Part shown: in pieces, positions 10,007 to 19,832 of the stretch
Position numbering within the stretch: the stretch's first letter is position 1
Layout: each line of letters begins with the position of its first letter
From: a virus
Lineage: Duplodnaviria > Caudoviricetes
Length of the DNA stretch: 64,000 nt
Strand: one strand, 5' to 3'
IMG/VR virus record: IMGVR_UViG_3300014204_000189
Coordinates: 409 to 64,408 of that record
The notes under the pieces: generated by a model
Database searches by the model: none
What the model was told of the DNA's origin: nothing
What the model saw: only the letters and a program-made list of their open reading frames with translations
Position numbers and translations under genes: made by a program

Positions 10007-11514
10007 TGATCAATCACGCTCGCACATTGCTGATGAACATCGACGGCGACGGCTACGGCGGTTTTCCGGGCGACGAGTACATTCCGCCCGCCTACCACAG
10101 CCTCAACCTGCCTGGCTACGTGGACCAGATCCGCAAGTACCTGTTTGGACCCAGCCCCGACCGGATGCTGCTCAACTATCGCACGCGGCAGTACATGTCG
10201 CTGTTGCACTCCACGGAGTTGCTGGAGTTTCTCACGGACCTCGATCCTCGAATCACGTACCGGGTCAACCAACAGGATCTCTTCGCCGACCAGTTGTACG
10301 CTCCTGTCTATTTGCCGATCAATTGCGGGAACCAGCAACTGTTTTTCGTGGGCGAAGTGGGACCGCCGGATGTCTTTGGCAAGATGTACCACCAGTGGCG
10401 AGTCCGTGTGCTGACGGAGGAGCAAGACATCATTGAGCCTCCGTTACCCACGGGCGGGTCTTGGACACTGTCGATTGTTGGACGAACCACTGCACCGATT
10501 CTGTTACGTGCAACCGCGGACGACGTGCGCAGTGCCATCGTCGCGATAATGTCCCCTCTTTTGGACGAGAATCCGGGTTGGTTGACCGTCACCAACAGTC
10601 CCGTGTGGCCGAATCATGGTGTTAAATTTACTCTCGGCTTCGCCCCTGAGATGCAGCGGTGGCTCGGTGACTACACGCAAGGTACCGTAAGCAATCAGCT
10701 GGTCGGCGACAGTCACCCGACGGTCACCTTCCGCAACACAGACCCCGGCGAGGCGTTTTTTTACGGCGACCGCCAGGTAATCGCTTTCAACAACAACGGG
10801 GCAACCTCCGGCGAGTTCACGCTGGAAGGCGCCCCCGGTTTTCCGTTGTCCTGGGACGCAAGCTGGGAAGAGCTGTGCGAAGCTGCGGAGGTCGCAACGG
10901 GTGCGGCGTGGGGCATACAAACAAACGAGACTCTGGCTGAGGGCTATGTTGAAATCGCGAGGCTAGCCATTGGGGGGCCGAACATCGACGTCGCTATCGC
11001 CACGGACACCACCAATGGCCCGACGACTGTCGTGACGAGCCGCGACGGTGAAGACTCTCGTCCCGGTTCCTGGTGCTACGACGAAGTGGTAATCGACTGG
11101 GACGCGGCCCTGGAATCCACGACAAAGCACGGAACGGTGGAGATCGTTCGACAGACGCCTCCAGCCAGCGAGACCATCGTCGACTATCAGATCACCGATG
11201 GAGTGAGCAGCCTGTTTCCGTTTCCTGGTTCAGGGCTGCAAGGACGGTTCGAGGCAGGGCTGGGAGCCGAGTGGCGTGTCGAAGCACTCGCGCGACCCAG
11301 CCTGCAGCTGGGACAAATCGAGGCGGCGTTGCGACAGATCGGAGAGCCGCTCATGTTGTCGCTGTTCGGCATCGGGCAGCAACGTGGCAGCCTGGAGCCG
11401 TTCAAGACCTTCTACAACCTCTGGAACGGCCATCACTTGTTACCGTACTCGCTCGGCGGTCTATTGCTGGGCGTGATTTACGTGAGCGATTTGGTACGAC
11501 GAGGAGCGTTGTAA
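10006..11514 (+). CDS. Baseplate-region structural protein with inserted GGxW/FTL adhesin-like domains
   Basis: GTG start overlapping previous stop; internal PTGGSWTLSIVGRTTAPI and SGEFTL...LSWDASWEEL segments. Confidence 0.5.
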   Translation: MINHARTLLMNIDGDGYGGFPGDEYIPPAYHSLNLPGYVDQIRKYLFGPSPDRMLLNYRTRQYMSLLHSTELLEFLTDLDPRITYRVNQQDLFADQLYAPVYLPINCGNQQLFFVGEVGPPDVFGKMYHQWRVRVLTEEQDIIEPPLPTGGSWTLSIVGRTTAPILLRATADDVRSAIVAIMSPLLDENPGWLTVTNSPVWPNHGVKFTLGFAPEMQRWLGDYTQGTVSNQLVGDSHPTVTFRNTDPGEAFFYGDRQVIAFNNNGATSGEFTLEGAPGFPLSWDASWEELCEAAEVATGAAWGIQTNETLAEGYVEIARLAIGGPNIDVAIATDTTNGPTTVVTSRDGEDSRPGSWCYDEVVIDWDAALESTTKHGTVEIVRQTPPASETIVDYQITDGVSSLFPFPGSGLQGRFEAGLGAEWRVEALARPSLQLGQIEAALRQIGEPLMLSLFGIGQQRGSLEPFKTFYNLWNGHHLLPYSLGGLLLGVIYVSDLVRRGAL

Positions 11515-13217
11515 TGGTGGACATTGAACGTGTTGCACGGACAGAGATGGAGGTGCTGCTCTTCATTGACGGCGAAGAGTACCACGTCGCGCAGTTCAGC
11601 ATGGACTTCTCGATCAACACCATCCCCACAGCCACGGCACTGCTTGCCGTGGGTGTCGACGTGCACACGGGCAAGCCCGCCACGATCCATCGCACGGCGT
11701 CCAAGCTCAAATCGATGCTCGTTGCCGAGGTGTTCTTCGAGCCCAAGAACGATTCCGAGTGGCGGCCGCAGGGGCCCTTGTGGCCCGCGGGGCGTACCCG
11801 GATCTTCAAAGGCTACGTGACCGGGTTCGGCACGGCCAAAATTCGCGGGTCGATGCGGGCCGTGGTCAACTTGACCCATTGGCTGGTGGATCTCAACTTC
11901 TCTTCGTGCCTCAGCAACCAGTCTCATCCCTGCAATCCCAACCAGTTCAGCTGGCGAGCTTGTTTTCCCGGCCAGGGTGCGATGACGGGCGCTGACGAGA
12001 TGCCGCACTACAACGTGGAGTCGATGTCCCGAGACATCTTTCTCGCGGAGCAAGTGTCCACAGACCTCTGGGCATGTATCCACAAGTTCTTCAACGCGCT
12101 GGCAGAACAAGATTTGTTCAAGTTCACTCCAGCCAATTGGGCACTGCAGGGCATAGGCAAGAGCAATCCTCGCGCAAAACGGGCGCTGGCCTTGATTGAG
12201 ACCGAGGCGGGAGTCACGGCGCAGTTCAAGCCTTCACGATGGTGGAAGCCACTCTCGTTGAAGATGGGCGATGGCGCGACGAAGCAAATCGCAGAAGCAA
12301 TCGCATACTGGATCCAGCGGGAAAGCCTGCAGTCCTACGCGGCGACGACGTTCTGGGACAAGCTGATCACCGAAATCTCGCCGGTCTTTATGTTCTCCGT
12401 GATCCCGCTGGTGGAGACGGCGATCATTGCTCCGCTCATTCCCGGGCTGCAGCAGCCGTACATCAAGAAGCTGCGGGCAGACGAGACCTCCTACCTGCAG
12501 ATCGACTCGCACATCCCCAAACCGTTGCGCGGCGTGTCTGTCACAGCAGGTTATGAGTCCTACACCAACTGCACGGATCGCGAAGGGGGCGACGTCCATT
12601 CCGAACTCGGGGCCGGTGGCTGCTTCAGCCCTGCGGGTGCTGAAGACGACGGGCTGGTGCTCACCAAGCCCGCGCCTGCCTGGTTGACCAACGTCCCGGT
12701 GCTCACCCACGATCCCGCGAACACGGTGATCAGCGCGGACCGTTCAGAACGCACGGCAGCCACGGTCATGCCCAAGGCCAAGTGCGTCAAGGGCGACCAG
12801 GAGAACAAGACTCCCTGCGAAACGGCCAAATCGTGCAAGGACATCCTCACGCGGCTGGCCGAGGCGATCTATGTCCAAGAGACGTTGCGAGGCCGCATCG
12901 GTGTTGTCCATGGCAAGCTGCGGTTTGACATCGCGCCGGGGTCCACCGTCTACGTGGAGAACACGCGGGAGATCCACCTGGGTGCGGCCGACTTGCTCGG
13001 GAGCGAGGACTTCGTGGCGGACGTGGTCCGGGTCTCTGTCATGCTGGACTCCGAGGGAGCCCAGGCGGGCACCAGCTTCCAGCTTGCCCATGTGCGATCC
13101 AACACCGAGAATAAAGACGTCCGCTTCTCCATCAAGTCGCACCCCCTTTACGATCAGCAGTACACAGGTGCGCCGCTGATCGAGAAGTACTTGTTCGAGG
13201 AGGTTGCCGATGCCTAA
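11514..13217 (+). CDS. Baseplate hub protein (gp27/gp44-like)
   Basis: TAATG overlap; beta-rich N-terminus (LLFIDGEEYHVAQFSMDFSINTIPTATA); C-terminal GKLRFDIAPGSTVYVE typical of hub proteins. Confidence 0.55.
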   Translation: MVDIERVARTEMEVLLFIDGEEYHVAQFSMDFSINTIPTATALLAVGVDVHTGKPATIHRTASKLKSMLVAEVFFEPKNDSEWRPQGPLWPAGRTRIFKGYVTGFGTAKIRGSMRAVVNLTHWLVDLNFSSCLSNQSHPCNPNQFSWRACFPGQGAMTGADEMPHYNVESMSRDIFLAEQVSTDLWACIHKFFNALAEQDLFKFTPANWALQGIGKSNPRAKRALALIETEAGVTAQFKPSRWWKPLSLKMGDGATKQIAEAIAYWIQRESLQSYAATTFWDKLITEISPVFMFSVIPLVETAIIAPLIPGLQQPYIKKLRADETSYLQIDSHIPKPLRGVSVTAGYESYTNCTDREGGDVHSELGAGGCFSPAGAEDDGLVLTKPAPAWLTNVPVLTHDPANTVISADRSERTAATVMPKAKCVKGDQENKTPCETAKSCKDILTRLAEAIYVQETLRGRIGVVHGKLRFDIAPGSTVYVENTREIHLGAADLLGSEDFVADVVRVSVMLDSEGAQAGTSFQLAHVRSNTENKDVRFSIKSHPLYDQQYTGAPLIEKYLFEEVADA

Positions 13218-13944
13218 GTCGTACCTAGAGCCCAATTACAGCGAAAGTTTCCAGCAGTGGCAAGCGAAGCCCACGCCGATGGCTACGGATCAGCTGTTGC
13301 AGCAAGTCGAGCCGGTGATCCAGAAGAGCCTGGTGGCCACGGCGGGACCGAGCTACAGTCCGCTGCTTCGCAGCCACGCAAGACGCATTGCCTTGCAGGC
13401 GTTTCAAAGTTACGACCCCTCGCAGGCCAAGCTGGGTACGCACCTCACCAATCATTTGCAAGGTTTGCGTCGCGTCTACCGACAACAGTCGCAGGTGATG
13501 GCTACACCTGAGCGTGTAAGCATGGACGCGGCCTACGTGAACGAGCAGTCGCAACGGCTGGAGGACGAGTTGGGCAGACCGCCCAGCGCGCAGGAGCTGG
13601 CAAATACGACGGGCCTTTCTCCTCGCAGACTGGCCCATTTGTCAAAGTTTCGCCAGCCGATGGCCGAAGGGACCTTCTCCGACACAGCCATGGGCGAGGA
13701 CCAGAGCAACTCTCCTGGTGTCATGGCCGACTCGCCCTACCACTTGGCGCAGGAGGTCATCTACCAGGATCTGGAGCCCAAGAACCAGCTCATCATGGAG
13801 CACACGCTAGGCCTCCATGGTCGCCCGGTGCTGTCCAACCAGCAACTGGCCGCACGCTTGCGGCTGTCTCCCGGAGCCATCAGCCAGCGCAAGCTAAGCA
13901 TCCAGCAGAAGCTGGACGAAGCCATGGACATGGGGATTTTGTAA
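13210..13944 (+). CDS. Sigma-70-family (FliA/SigB-like) RNA polymerase sigma factor
   Basis: Region 2-like AFQSYDPSQAKLGTHLTNHLQGLRR; region 3 LEDELGRPPSAQELANTTGLS; region 4 HTH LSNQQLAARLRLSPGAISQRK. Confidence 0.8.
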   Translation: MPKSYLEPNYSESFQQWQAKPTPMATDQLLQQVEPVIQKSLVATAGPSYSPLLRSHARRIALQAFQSYDPSQAKLGTHLTNHLQGLRRVYRQQSQVMATPERVSMDAAYVNEQSQRLEDELGRPPSAQELANTTGLSPRRLAHLSKFRQPMAEGTFSDTAMGEDQSNSPGVMADSPYHLAQEVIYQDLEPKNQLIMEHTLGLHGRPVLSNQQLAARLRLSPGAISQRKLSIQQKLDEAMDMGIL

Positions 13945-14495
13945 TGGGCGCCAACCCTCCAGACCCAACACAGAAAGCGTACCTCAGTGAGGCTTGGCAG
14001 ACCCAGTTCAATCGCTTTGAGGACTACGCGATTGCCGACTGGAAAGGACTCAAGCTGGAAGAGGGCCTGTATTGGTACATGCCTCAGCGCGACGCCGGAC
14101 AAGGAGAGTGGTCGGGGCGCCTGTTCGACATCGAAGGCATCTCCCAGTGCTACTCTCGCAAGGAGCATCGGGAAACCTTTGTGGACTGCGTCAAGGGCGG
14201 CAAGGCGTCGGGTCGCGTAGGCGACCTGATGGTCACGGAGCTGCAGGGAGACTGGCTCGCGGCGGCAGAGCGTGCCTTCCGCGCTCGACACCACACGCTG
14301 ATCCGTGCGATGACCCACGCCAACGCGAGACGGTTCGGCCACCAGCACGGCAGCGGCGTGCTGCTTGGCGGCCAGAAAAGCTACCTGGATTGGATCATTC
14401 GCCAAACAGGTTCCGACATGCCGGATGCCGTGCCGACCAACTCGGAGTCAGTGCCTCCGTGGGCACCTCCGGACGAGACGTGGCGAACTGCGTGA
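13944..14495 (+). CDS. Hypothetical protein
   Basis: Translationally coupled 183-aa ORF. Confidence 0.7.
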   Translation: MGANPPDPTQKAYLSEAWQTQFNRFEDYAIADWKGLKLEEGLYWYMPQRDAGQGEWSGRLFDIEGISQCYSRKEHRETFVDCVKGGKASGRVGDLMVTELQGDWLAAAERAFRARHHTLIRAMTHANARRFGHQHGSGVLLGGQKSYLDWIIRQTGSDMPDAVPTNSESVPPWAPPDETWRTA

Positions 14496-14527
14496 TTTTC
14501 CGCACGTAAGTAATATCGGAGGCAAGG

Positions 14528-14998
14528 ATGCCAGACACCTTCTCCTACGCCGGGTATTTCGTGGATACGCTAGCCTTTGACGGGGCCACGGCGAAAGGCG
14601 AGGTACTGCTGCAACAGACGCTGTGCCAACCCGGCGAAGGCGGCAAGATGACTGCGGGCATCCAGTTGCTCGCGCAACGCGTGTACATCGAGTGGTTCAC
14701 CGAAAAGGGCAGCGTGCTCTACAACAAGAAGCGGGGAACCACGTTTATGACCGAAGCGCGGCTAGGCTACTTTCGCACACAGCTCGATGTTTATGGATCG
14801 TTCTCCCGTGCCAAGTCGGACATCGCGTTGGCCATGGCCGAAGACGAGACACTGGACATGAAGCCCGACGAACGCTACGGCGGCATGGAGATTGCGCAGC
14901 TGGCGATGCAGCCGGGGATTGTGAAGATGTACGTTTCTCTGTGGAGCAAGGCGGGCAAAGACCGGGCCGTCCTACTCCCTGTCACCTGGACCGTGTGA
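14528..14998 (+). CDS. Baseplate wedge gp25-like protein
   Basis: TAGIQLLAQRVYIEWFTEKGSVLYNKKRGTTF motif; precedes J-like gene. Confidence 0.65.
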   Translation: MPDTFSYAGYFVDTLAFDGATAKGEVLLQQTLCQPGEGGKMTAGIQLLAQRVYIEWFTEKGSVLYNKKRGTTFMTEARLGYFRTQLDVYGSFSRAKSDIALAMAEDETLDMKPDERYGGMEIAQLAMQPGIVKMYVSLWSKAGKDRAVLLPVTWTV

Positions 14999-15005
14999 GG
15001 TGCGT

Positions 15006-16667
15006 ATGGGCGTCGAAGTCACCACTCTGTTCGACCTGGACGAAAATTCCGTGGCCGCTCGTCGCAGCGTGCTGTCGCAATTGCTCCAGGAGTTGCATCC
15101 TACGTACTGGCTCAAGCGTGGCGTGATCCATGACCTGAACATCAACACGGCGGCGGCCTACAACGAAATGCACCGCTTGTACTGGGACCGGGCTCGTCGC
15201 GCCAGCAGCCTCAAGGCGATCAATGAGGATCCTGCGCTGGCCGACACGGATATTGTTGACGCCACGCTCTCCAACCTTCGCATTGTGCGGCTGGCTGGGG
15301 AACAGGCCCACGGTCAAGTGACCATCGTCGTTCGGCAACTCTCCTCCGTGACCATCCCCGCGCAGAGCGGGTTTTCCGCCAACGGCTTGCGCTTCGTGAC
15401 ACGCACCGCGTTCTCTGCGAGAGAACGCGCGACACAGGTCATCACGGCCACGGATCGGCTGCTCTCGCCGTTGTCTGACGGCACGTATGCGTTCGTGATC
15501 GAGCTGTGGGCGGAGGATGAAGGCGAGGCGGGTCGCCTGAAGAAAAACACCGTGGTCGTCCCGGAAGCACCGCCGGTCAACTTCGTGAAAGCCTATACCG
15601 AGGCAGACTTCGCCGGGGGCTTCAGTGCCGAGAGCAATCTCTCCCTGGTCTCGAAGGCTCTGTCGGGTGTGGCAGCCAAGGCTTTCTCGGGACGCCTGAA
15701 TATGTCCGCGTCGCTGCGGGAACAGACCGGTTTCGATCGTATCGTGGCGGACTCCCTGATCGGATTGGGTGACCCTGAGATGCAACGAGACCAGCACACT
15801 ATCTGGCCGGGATCGCTGGGCGGCCGTGCCGATTGGTACGTACGCACGCAGGAACAGCCGCACACGGCCAGCTTGACCAAAACGGCGACATTGGTGGAAC
15901 GCACCAGCGACGGCTACGGGATCTGGCAGTTCTCTATTGGTCGGGACGAGCTGCCCGGCTTCTACGATGTCACGCAGATCCGCCCCAACGACAGCGCAGA
16001 CTACACGGGAACTTACGCGATCACCGAAGACGTGCGCGGCCGGGACATGACCGAGCTGGATAACGATGGATTTCTCCCTGACATCGCCAGCGATGCGGAG
16101 GCAGCCTACACGCGGTTCCAGACGGCCACCATCCGCTTCAAGGACACGACCACGCTAACAACCTTGCTGACGCCGTACACCAGCACACAGGAGTACGCCG
16201 TGGCGATTCGCGGTATGCCGTTGATCGCGGAGATCCAGGACTACGCCAGTTCCCGCTCCGTTCGCAACGCGATGGGCGATGTGTTGGTCCGCGCGGCGGT
16301 ACCGTGTTTCCTGAAACTCTCCCTCACTTTGCAGCTGATGCCGGGGCAGTCTTCCCCGGACGTGGCCGCGATCAAGAACGCACTTTCGCTCCGTGTCAAC
16401 CAGACAGGTTTTCCAGGTCGCATGCCTGCGGCCTGGCTCACGGATATTGTGCAGTCGGCAATCGCGGGCGACTCCTATGTCGACTCCATCGACGTGCTGG
16501 GACGTGTGTTGCGGCCCGACGGCACATTCCGGCTGTGGCGAACCACGGAGACACTGACGGTGCACCACGAACCTGCGCAGCTGACAACTGCACGGACGGT
16601 GGTGTTCGTCCTGGACCCCGCGGACATCTCGATCTCGGTGGTTACGGCGGACATGCCGCAAATCTAA
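15006..16667 (+). CDS. Baseplate J-like (gp6-like) wedge protein
   Basis: RLAGEQAHGQVTIVV...VTIPAQSGFSANGLRF...AEDEGEAGRL...FAGGFSAESN pattern typical of baseplate J. Confidence 0.75.
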   Translation: MGVEVTTLFDLDENSVAARRSVLSQLLQELHPTYWLKRGVIHDLNINTAAAYNEMHRLYWDRARRASSLKAINEDPALADTDIVDATLSNLRIVRLAGEQAHGQVTIVVRQLSSVTIPAQSGFSANGLRFVTRTAFSARERATQVITATDRLLSPLSDGTYAFVIELWAEDEGEAGRLKKNTVVVPEAPPVNFVKAYTEADFAGGFSAESNLSLVSKALSGVAAKAFSGRLNMSASLREQTGFDRIVADSLIGLGDPEMQRDQHTIWPGSLGGRADWYVRTQEQPHTASLTKTATLVERTSDGYGIWQFSIGRDELPGFYDVTQIRPNDSADYTGTYAITEDVRGRDMTELDNDGFLPDIASDAEAAYTRFQTATIRFKDTTTLTTLLTPYTSTQEYAVAIRGMPLIAEIQDYASSRSVRNAMGDVLVRAAVPCFLKLSLTLQLMPGQSSPDVAAIKNALSLRVNQTGFPGRMPAAWLTDIVQSAIAGDSYVDSIDVLGRVLRPDGTFRLWRTTETLTVHHEPAQLTTARTVVFVLDPADISISVVTADMPQI

Positions 16668-16673
16668 ACGACC

Positions 16674-16703
16674 TTGTCGGCTACAAAAGTTTGTAGTTAC
16701 AAT
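16674..16703 (+). promoter_or_regulatory. Sigma70-like promoter with palindrome in the spacer
   Basis: TTGTCG(16674)-18 nt-TACAAT(16698); CTACAAA-ag-TTTGTAG inverted repeat at 16681-16696. Confidence 0.5.
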
Positions 16704-16763
16704 GCCGCTTTGCATTTGCTTTCGACGCACTGCGTCTCGAAGCCCCACTTGAAAGGAGTTCCG

Positions 16764-17141
16764 ATGAGAACACTGCTACTGATCTTGATGACCTTGGTCA
16801 TCGCCATGCTGCTCTGCCCGTGTACGGCTTCCGCCGCCTCGCCCGCGGTTCCGGTCATCTCCGCGGAGATCCAGCCGATCCCGGCGAACCAGATGCAGCT
16901 CCAGTTCGACGCTGTCCCCTGCGCCCGGGCCGTGGTCAAGACCGCGGTCGTCAGTCCGCCCATAGTGACCGTGCCGCTCCTGGTTCCGCAGTACCAGCAG
17001 GTTGATGTGGCTTTCGCCCTCTTCGATAAGCGATACAGAACCCCCGTACGCACGCATTTGTTCGGCCGGTGTAAGGCGATTCCGGTTACGTCAGCGCCCG
17101 CCCCGAAGGCCGCCGCCGTCGTCCCCGTACCGCGTAAGTAA
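16764..17141 (+). CDS. Secreted small protein with signal peptide
   Basis: AAGGAG RBS; MRTLLLILMTLVIAMLLCPCTASA signal peptide; Pro/Val/Ala-rich. Confidence 0.7.
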   Translation: MRTLLLILMTLVIAMLLCPCTASAASPAVPVISAEIQPIPANQMQLQFDAVPCARAVVKTAVVSPPIVTVPLLVPQYQQVDVAFALFDKRYRTPVRTHLFGRCKAIPVTSAPAPKAAAVVPVPRK

Positions 17142-17269
17142 TTCTCTGGGTCGGCCCGAGGGCCTCGGGCGTCGGGGGGCGTCCGGGGCCTGTCGGGCTA
17201 GACACCAAAAGGCGGTGATAGCTAGAATACAGGCATTGCTATCACGCCATTGGCATGGAGGCACTGGCC

Positions 17270-18760
17270 ATGAAAGGATTCTGCGGCGCGACTGTTCTGC
17301 TCCTGCTCGGGTCTGTCGCTTCGGCTCAGTGGTCGCCCTATACGAGCGGCAACTGTACCGGGGGCCAGTGCACCGTCCCTGGGGCCACCTGGGCCTACCA
17401 GAAGCCCGTAGCCCGTAGCCCGTCTCCTGCGGCCGCCGTCACGCCGCCCGCCCTCCCCGGCCCTGCTGCGACGCCCAGCACGGTCCCGTTCTATGCCAGC
17501 ACGGAATTGCTGGCGTATGTGCGGCGCACCGTTTGCCGCATCTGCAACGACGTGCCGGGGGACAAGAATTACAACTTCGGCACGACAATCATCGTGGGCA
17601 TCAAGGAAGAGCCCAAGGCTGTCTACGACATCGCGCTGTGCTACACGGCCAACCACCTGTTTTTCAACGGGGTGGGGAAGATCGCTATCGAGCACTCCGA
17701 CGGTTACTCCGTCGAGGGCAAGTTGGTCGAGCAGGACGTCGAGAACGACCTGGCCGCCGTGGTGTTCTCCATCAACAAGAACTCGCCGCTGGCGATCATT
17801 GCGGAGAACCCGCCCGTACGCCCGGCTACTGGATCGCTCTACCTGGCAACGCACGGTTACGCATTCACCAACTACTACGCGAGAGCAGGCAAGTTGGATG
17901 GCTACCAAAAGGGGTTGCCCAACGCGCCTCCCGAGGCGATGTGCGTGATGGGCGTAGCTTACCAGGGTGACAGCGGCGGTGGTGTGTTTGATGACAGCGG
18001 TTCACTGGTGGGCGTTGTGACCAGCTCCGATCTGACCACCGGCCGCGTGGTGGCCAACACCTGTCTGACGTTGCACAAGTTCACACGAAAAGTGCAGCAG
18101 AAGCTTCCATGGGCTGGCGATTCGTACTACATGAACCCGTCGCCGAAGGCCGCCGTGGCTGGCCTTCGTTGCACGCGGCCGCGAGGTCCGCTGGTTGCGG
18201 TCAATCCGCCTGCCGTAGTTACACCGCCTGTTGCCTCGACCGCTGTCACCCCTCCGGCATTGCCGGGCAAGGTGACAGCCAAGCCCGCCGATCCGCCTGC
18301 AGCCAAAGACACGGCACATGATGACATCTTGGCGCAGCTCGGCAAGATGGACAAGAAGCTGGACAAGTTGCAGCAGGGCCAGGATGCGACGACCTCGCAA
18401 CTGCAGAAGCTGACAGAGAAATCCGGCGAGCTGACACTGGTTGTTGACGCACCCCGTTTCATCGAGCCGACCTATGTGGACGTCTCAGTGATCTGGGCAA
18501 TGCAACAGAAATACGGTATCGAACATGCTGTGCTGGTGGTCGACAGCCGTCTGGCTTCGTGGAAGTCACTGCAGGTCACCTACCAGAACGCCAAGGCCAA
18601 GTTCCCCTTAGTGACCTTGGTGGACGTGGCCTCGAAGAACGTGAAGATCAGTCCGTTGCCGCAGATGGTACTGTACGGGACGGACAAGAAGAGTGCCCCC
18701 TTTGTGATGCACGAGGGGGCCAAGATTGCAGCGAAACTTCAAGAGCTTGCAAGCCCTTGA
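17270..18760 (+). CDS. Secreted trypsin-like serine protease with Pro-rich linker and coiled coil
   Basis: Signal peptide MKGF...ASA; triad contexts TANH, NDLA, QGDSGGG; PAVVTPP linker; heptads LGKMDKKLDKLQQGQ. Confidence 0.85.
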   Translation: MKGFCGATVLLLLGSVASAQWSPYTSGNCTGGQCTVPGATWAYQKPVARSPSPAAAVTPPALPGPAATPSTVPFYASTELLAYVRRTVCRICNDVPGDKNYNFGTTIIVGIKEEPKAVYDIALCYTANHLFFNGVGKIAIEHSDGYSVEGKLVEQDVENDLAAVVFSINKNSPLAIIAENPPVRPATGSLYLATHGYAFTNYYARAGKLDGYQKGLPNAPPEAMCVMGVAYQGDSGGGVFDDSGSLVGVVTSSDLTTGRVVANTCLTLHKFTRKVQQKLPWAGDSYYMNPSPKAAVAGLRCTRPRGPLVAVNPPAVVTPPVASTAVTPPALPGKVTAKPADPPAAKDTAHDDILAQLGKMDKKLDKLQQGQDATTSQLQKLTEKSGELTLVVDAPRFIEPTYVDVSVIWAMQQKYGIEHAVLVVDSRLASWKSLQVTYQNAKAKFPLVTLVDVASKNVKISPLPQMVLYGTDKKSAPFVMHEGAKIAAKLQELASP

Positions 18761-18823
18761 TTTATGTGTTGGTGCGGGGGCGGTCCCCGCCGTTCGACCC
18801 TACCTTTGACAAGGAGGTCTCTC

Positions 18824-19117
18824 ATGACTCTCGATCCGGCGGTTGCGGAACAACTGACCCAGCTGACCCTTACCGGGGCCCAGCAAGGTCAACTGTTGAC
18901 CGGTGCCCTGGACCGCAACCTGGTGGCCAATGCTTCGGCCGTGCTGACGCTGGGTGTCCAGCAAATCAACATGGCCAGCCTGAACCTCCAGACCTCCATC
19001 GATCCGATGGAAGGTGCGGCTGCGGCCAATCTCCGTGCGTCCCAGGACCCGAGCACGTTCGCGGGCCTGAACACGGCGGCGGGGATCCCGCGTTCCGGGA
19101 TGGCCGACAAGGCCTGA
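18824..19117 (+). CDS. Small Gln/Ala/Leu-rich helical protein, paralog 1
   Basis: AAGGAGG RBS; 37/53 aa identical to next gene over the shared core. Confidence 0.8.
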   Translation: MTLDPAVAEQLTQLTLTGAQQGQLLTGALDRNLVANASAVLTLGVQQINMASLNLQTSIDPMEGAAAANLRASQDPSTFAGLNTAAGIPRSGMADKA

Positions 19118-19133
19118 CCCTGAGTACGTCAAG

Positions 19134-19180
19134 CCCCTGCGCGGCCGGGAGTAGCTCCCGGCCGCCAGGGCGTCTTTTCT
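19134..19180 (+). terminator. Intrinsic terminator-like hairpin
   Basis: GCGGCCGGGAG-tag-CTCCCGGCCGC core, extended stem, followed by TCTTTTCT. Confidence 0.6.
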
Positions 19181-19196
19181 CCAAGGAAGCATCACT

Positions 19197-19550
19197 ATGG
19201 CACGGGTTACACGCAAAGTGCGCGACCATCGCGAGAGCACCAAGGCGAGTGCTGAGAGCGATTTTCAGTGCACGACCGAGCGGACTGGCCTCGACGATGC
19301 CACAGCCGACCAGCTGACGTTGCTGACCTTGACCCAGGCCCAACAGCAACAGGCCCTCACCCTGGCCATGGATCGCAACCTGGTGGCCAACGCCGCCGCG
19401 ATTCTCACGATGGGTGTGGCCCAGATCAACGCAGCCATGCTGCACCAACAGACCTCGCTGGGCGTGGTCGCAGCTACGGCCCTCAACGAAATCATGAAAG
19501 TTCAGCAGGCCGCACTGGCAGCAAGCCTCAATGCGGCTACGAAGAAGTAG
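19197..19550 (+). CDS. Small Gln/Ala/Leu-rich helical protein, paralog 2
   Basis: Shares QLTxLTLTxAQQxQxLTxAxDRNLVANAxAxLTxGVxQIN with 18824. Confidence 0.8.
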   Translation: MARVTRKVRDHRESTKASAESDFQCTTERTGLDDATADQLTLLTLTQAQQQQALTLAMDRNLVANAAAILTMGVAQINAAMLHQQTSLGVVAATALNEIMKVQQAALAASLNAATKK

Positions 19551-19572
19551 TCCCCCTGTAAGGCACTAGACA

Positions 19573-19803
19573 ATGTCAGGAACAAGCGAGTCAGGAACAA
19601 GCGAGTTCTGGGCCGATCTCAAGCAAGCCAATGAGGTCGCCCGCGAACAGAATCAACGAGTGCTGGACGGCCACATCGGCGCGTCCGCCGCCGCGGGACT
19701 GATGTTTACCAACCAGATGATTGCGATGAGCTTGCTCCATCCGGGCAACGACATCGAAGATACGGCCGAGGTTGGAGACAACACCACAAACCCTTCGCAA
19801 TGA
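19573..19803 (+). CDS. Small helical protein, distant paralog 3
   Basis: LDGHIGASAAAGLMFTNQMIAMSLL aligns with LDRNLVANASAVLTLGVQQINMASL (10/25 identical); N-terminal SGTSE x2 from a 15-nt tandem repeat. Confidence 0.65.
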   Translation: MSGTSESGTSEFWADLKQANEVAREQNQRVLDGHIGASAAAGLMFTNQMIAMSLLHPGNDIEDTAEVGDNTTNPSQ

Positions 19804-19832
19804 GCAGCTCTTGGCTGCGAGGAAGTGCTCCC

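Noticed and set aside
1-16667. Stand-alone extracellular contractile injection system or T6SS
   Set aside because: Terminase, primase-like and dense small phage accessory genes in the same window indicate a phage genome
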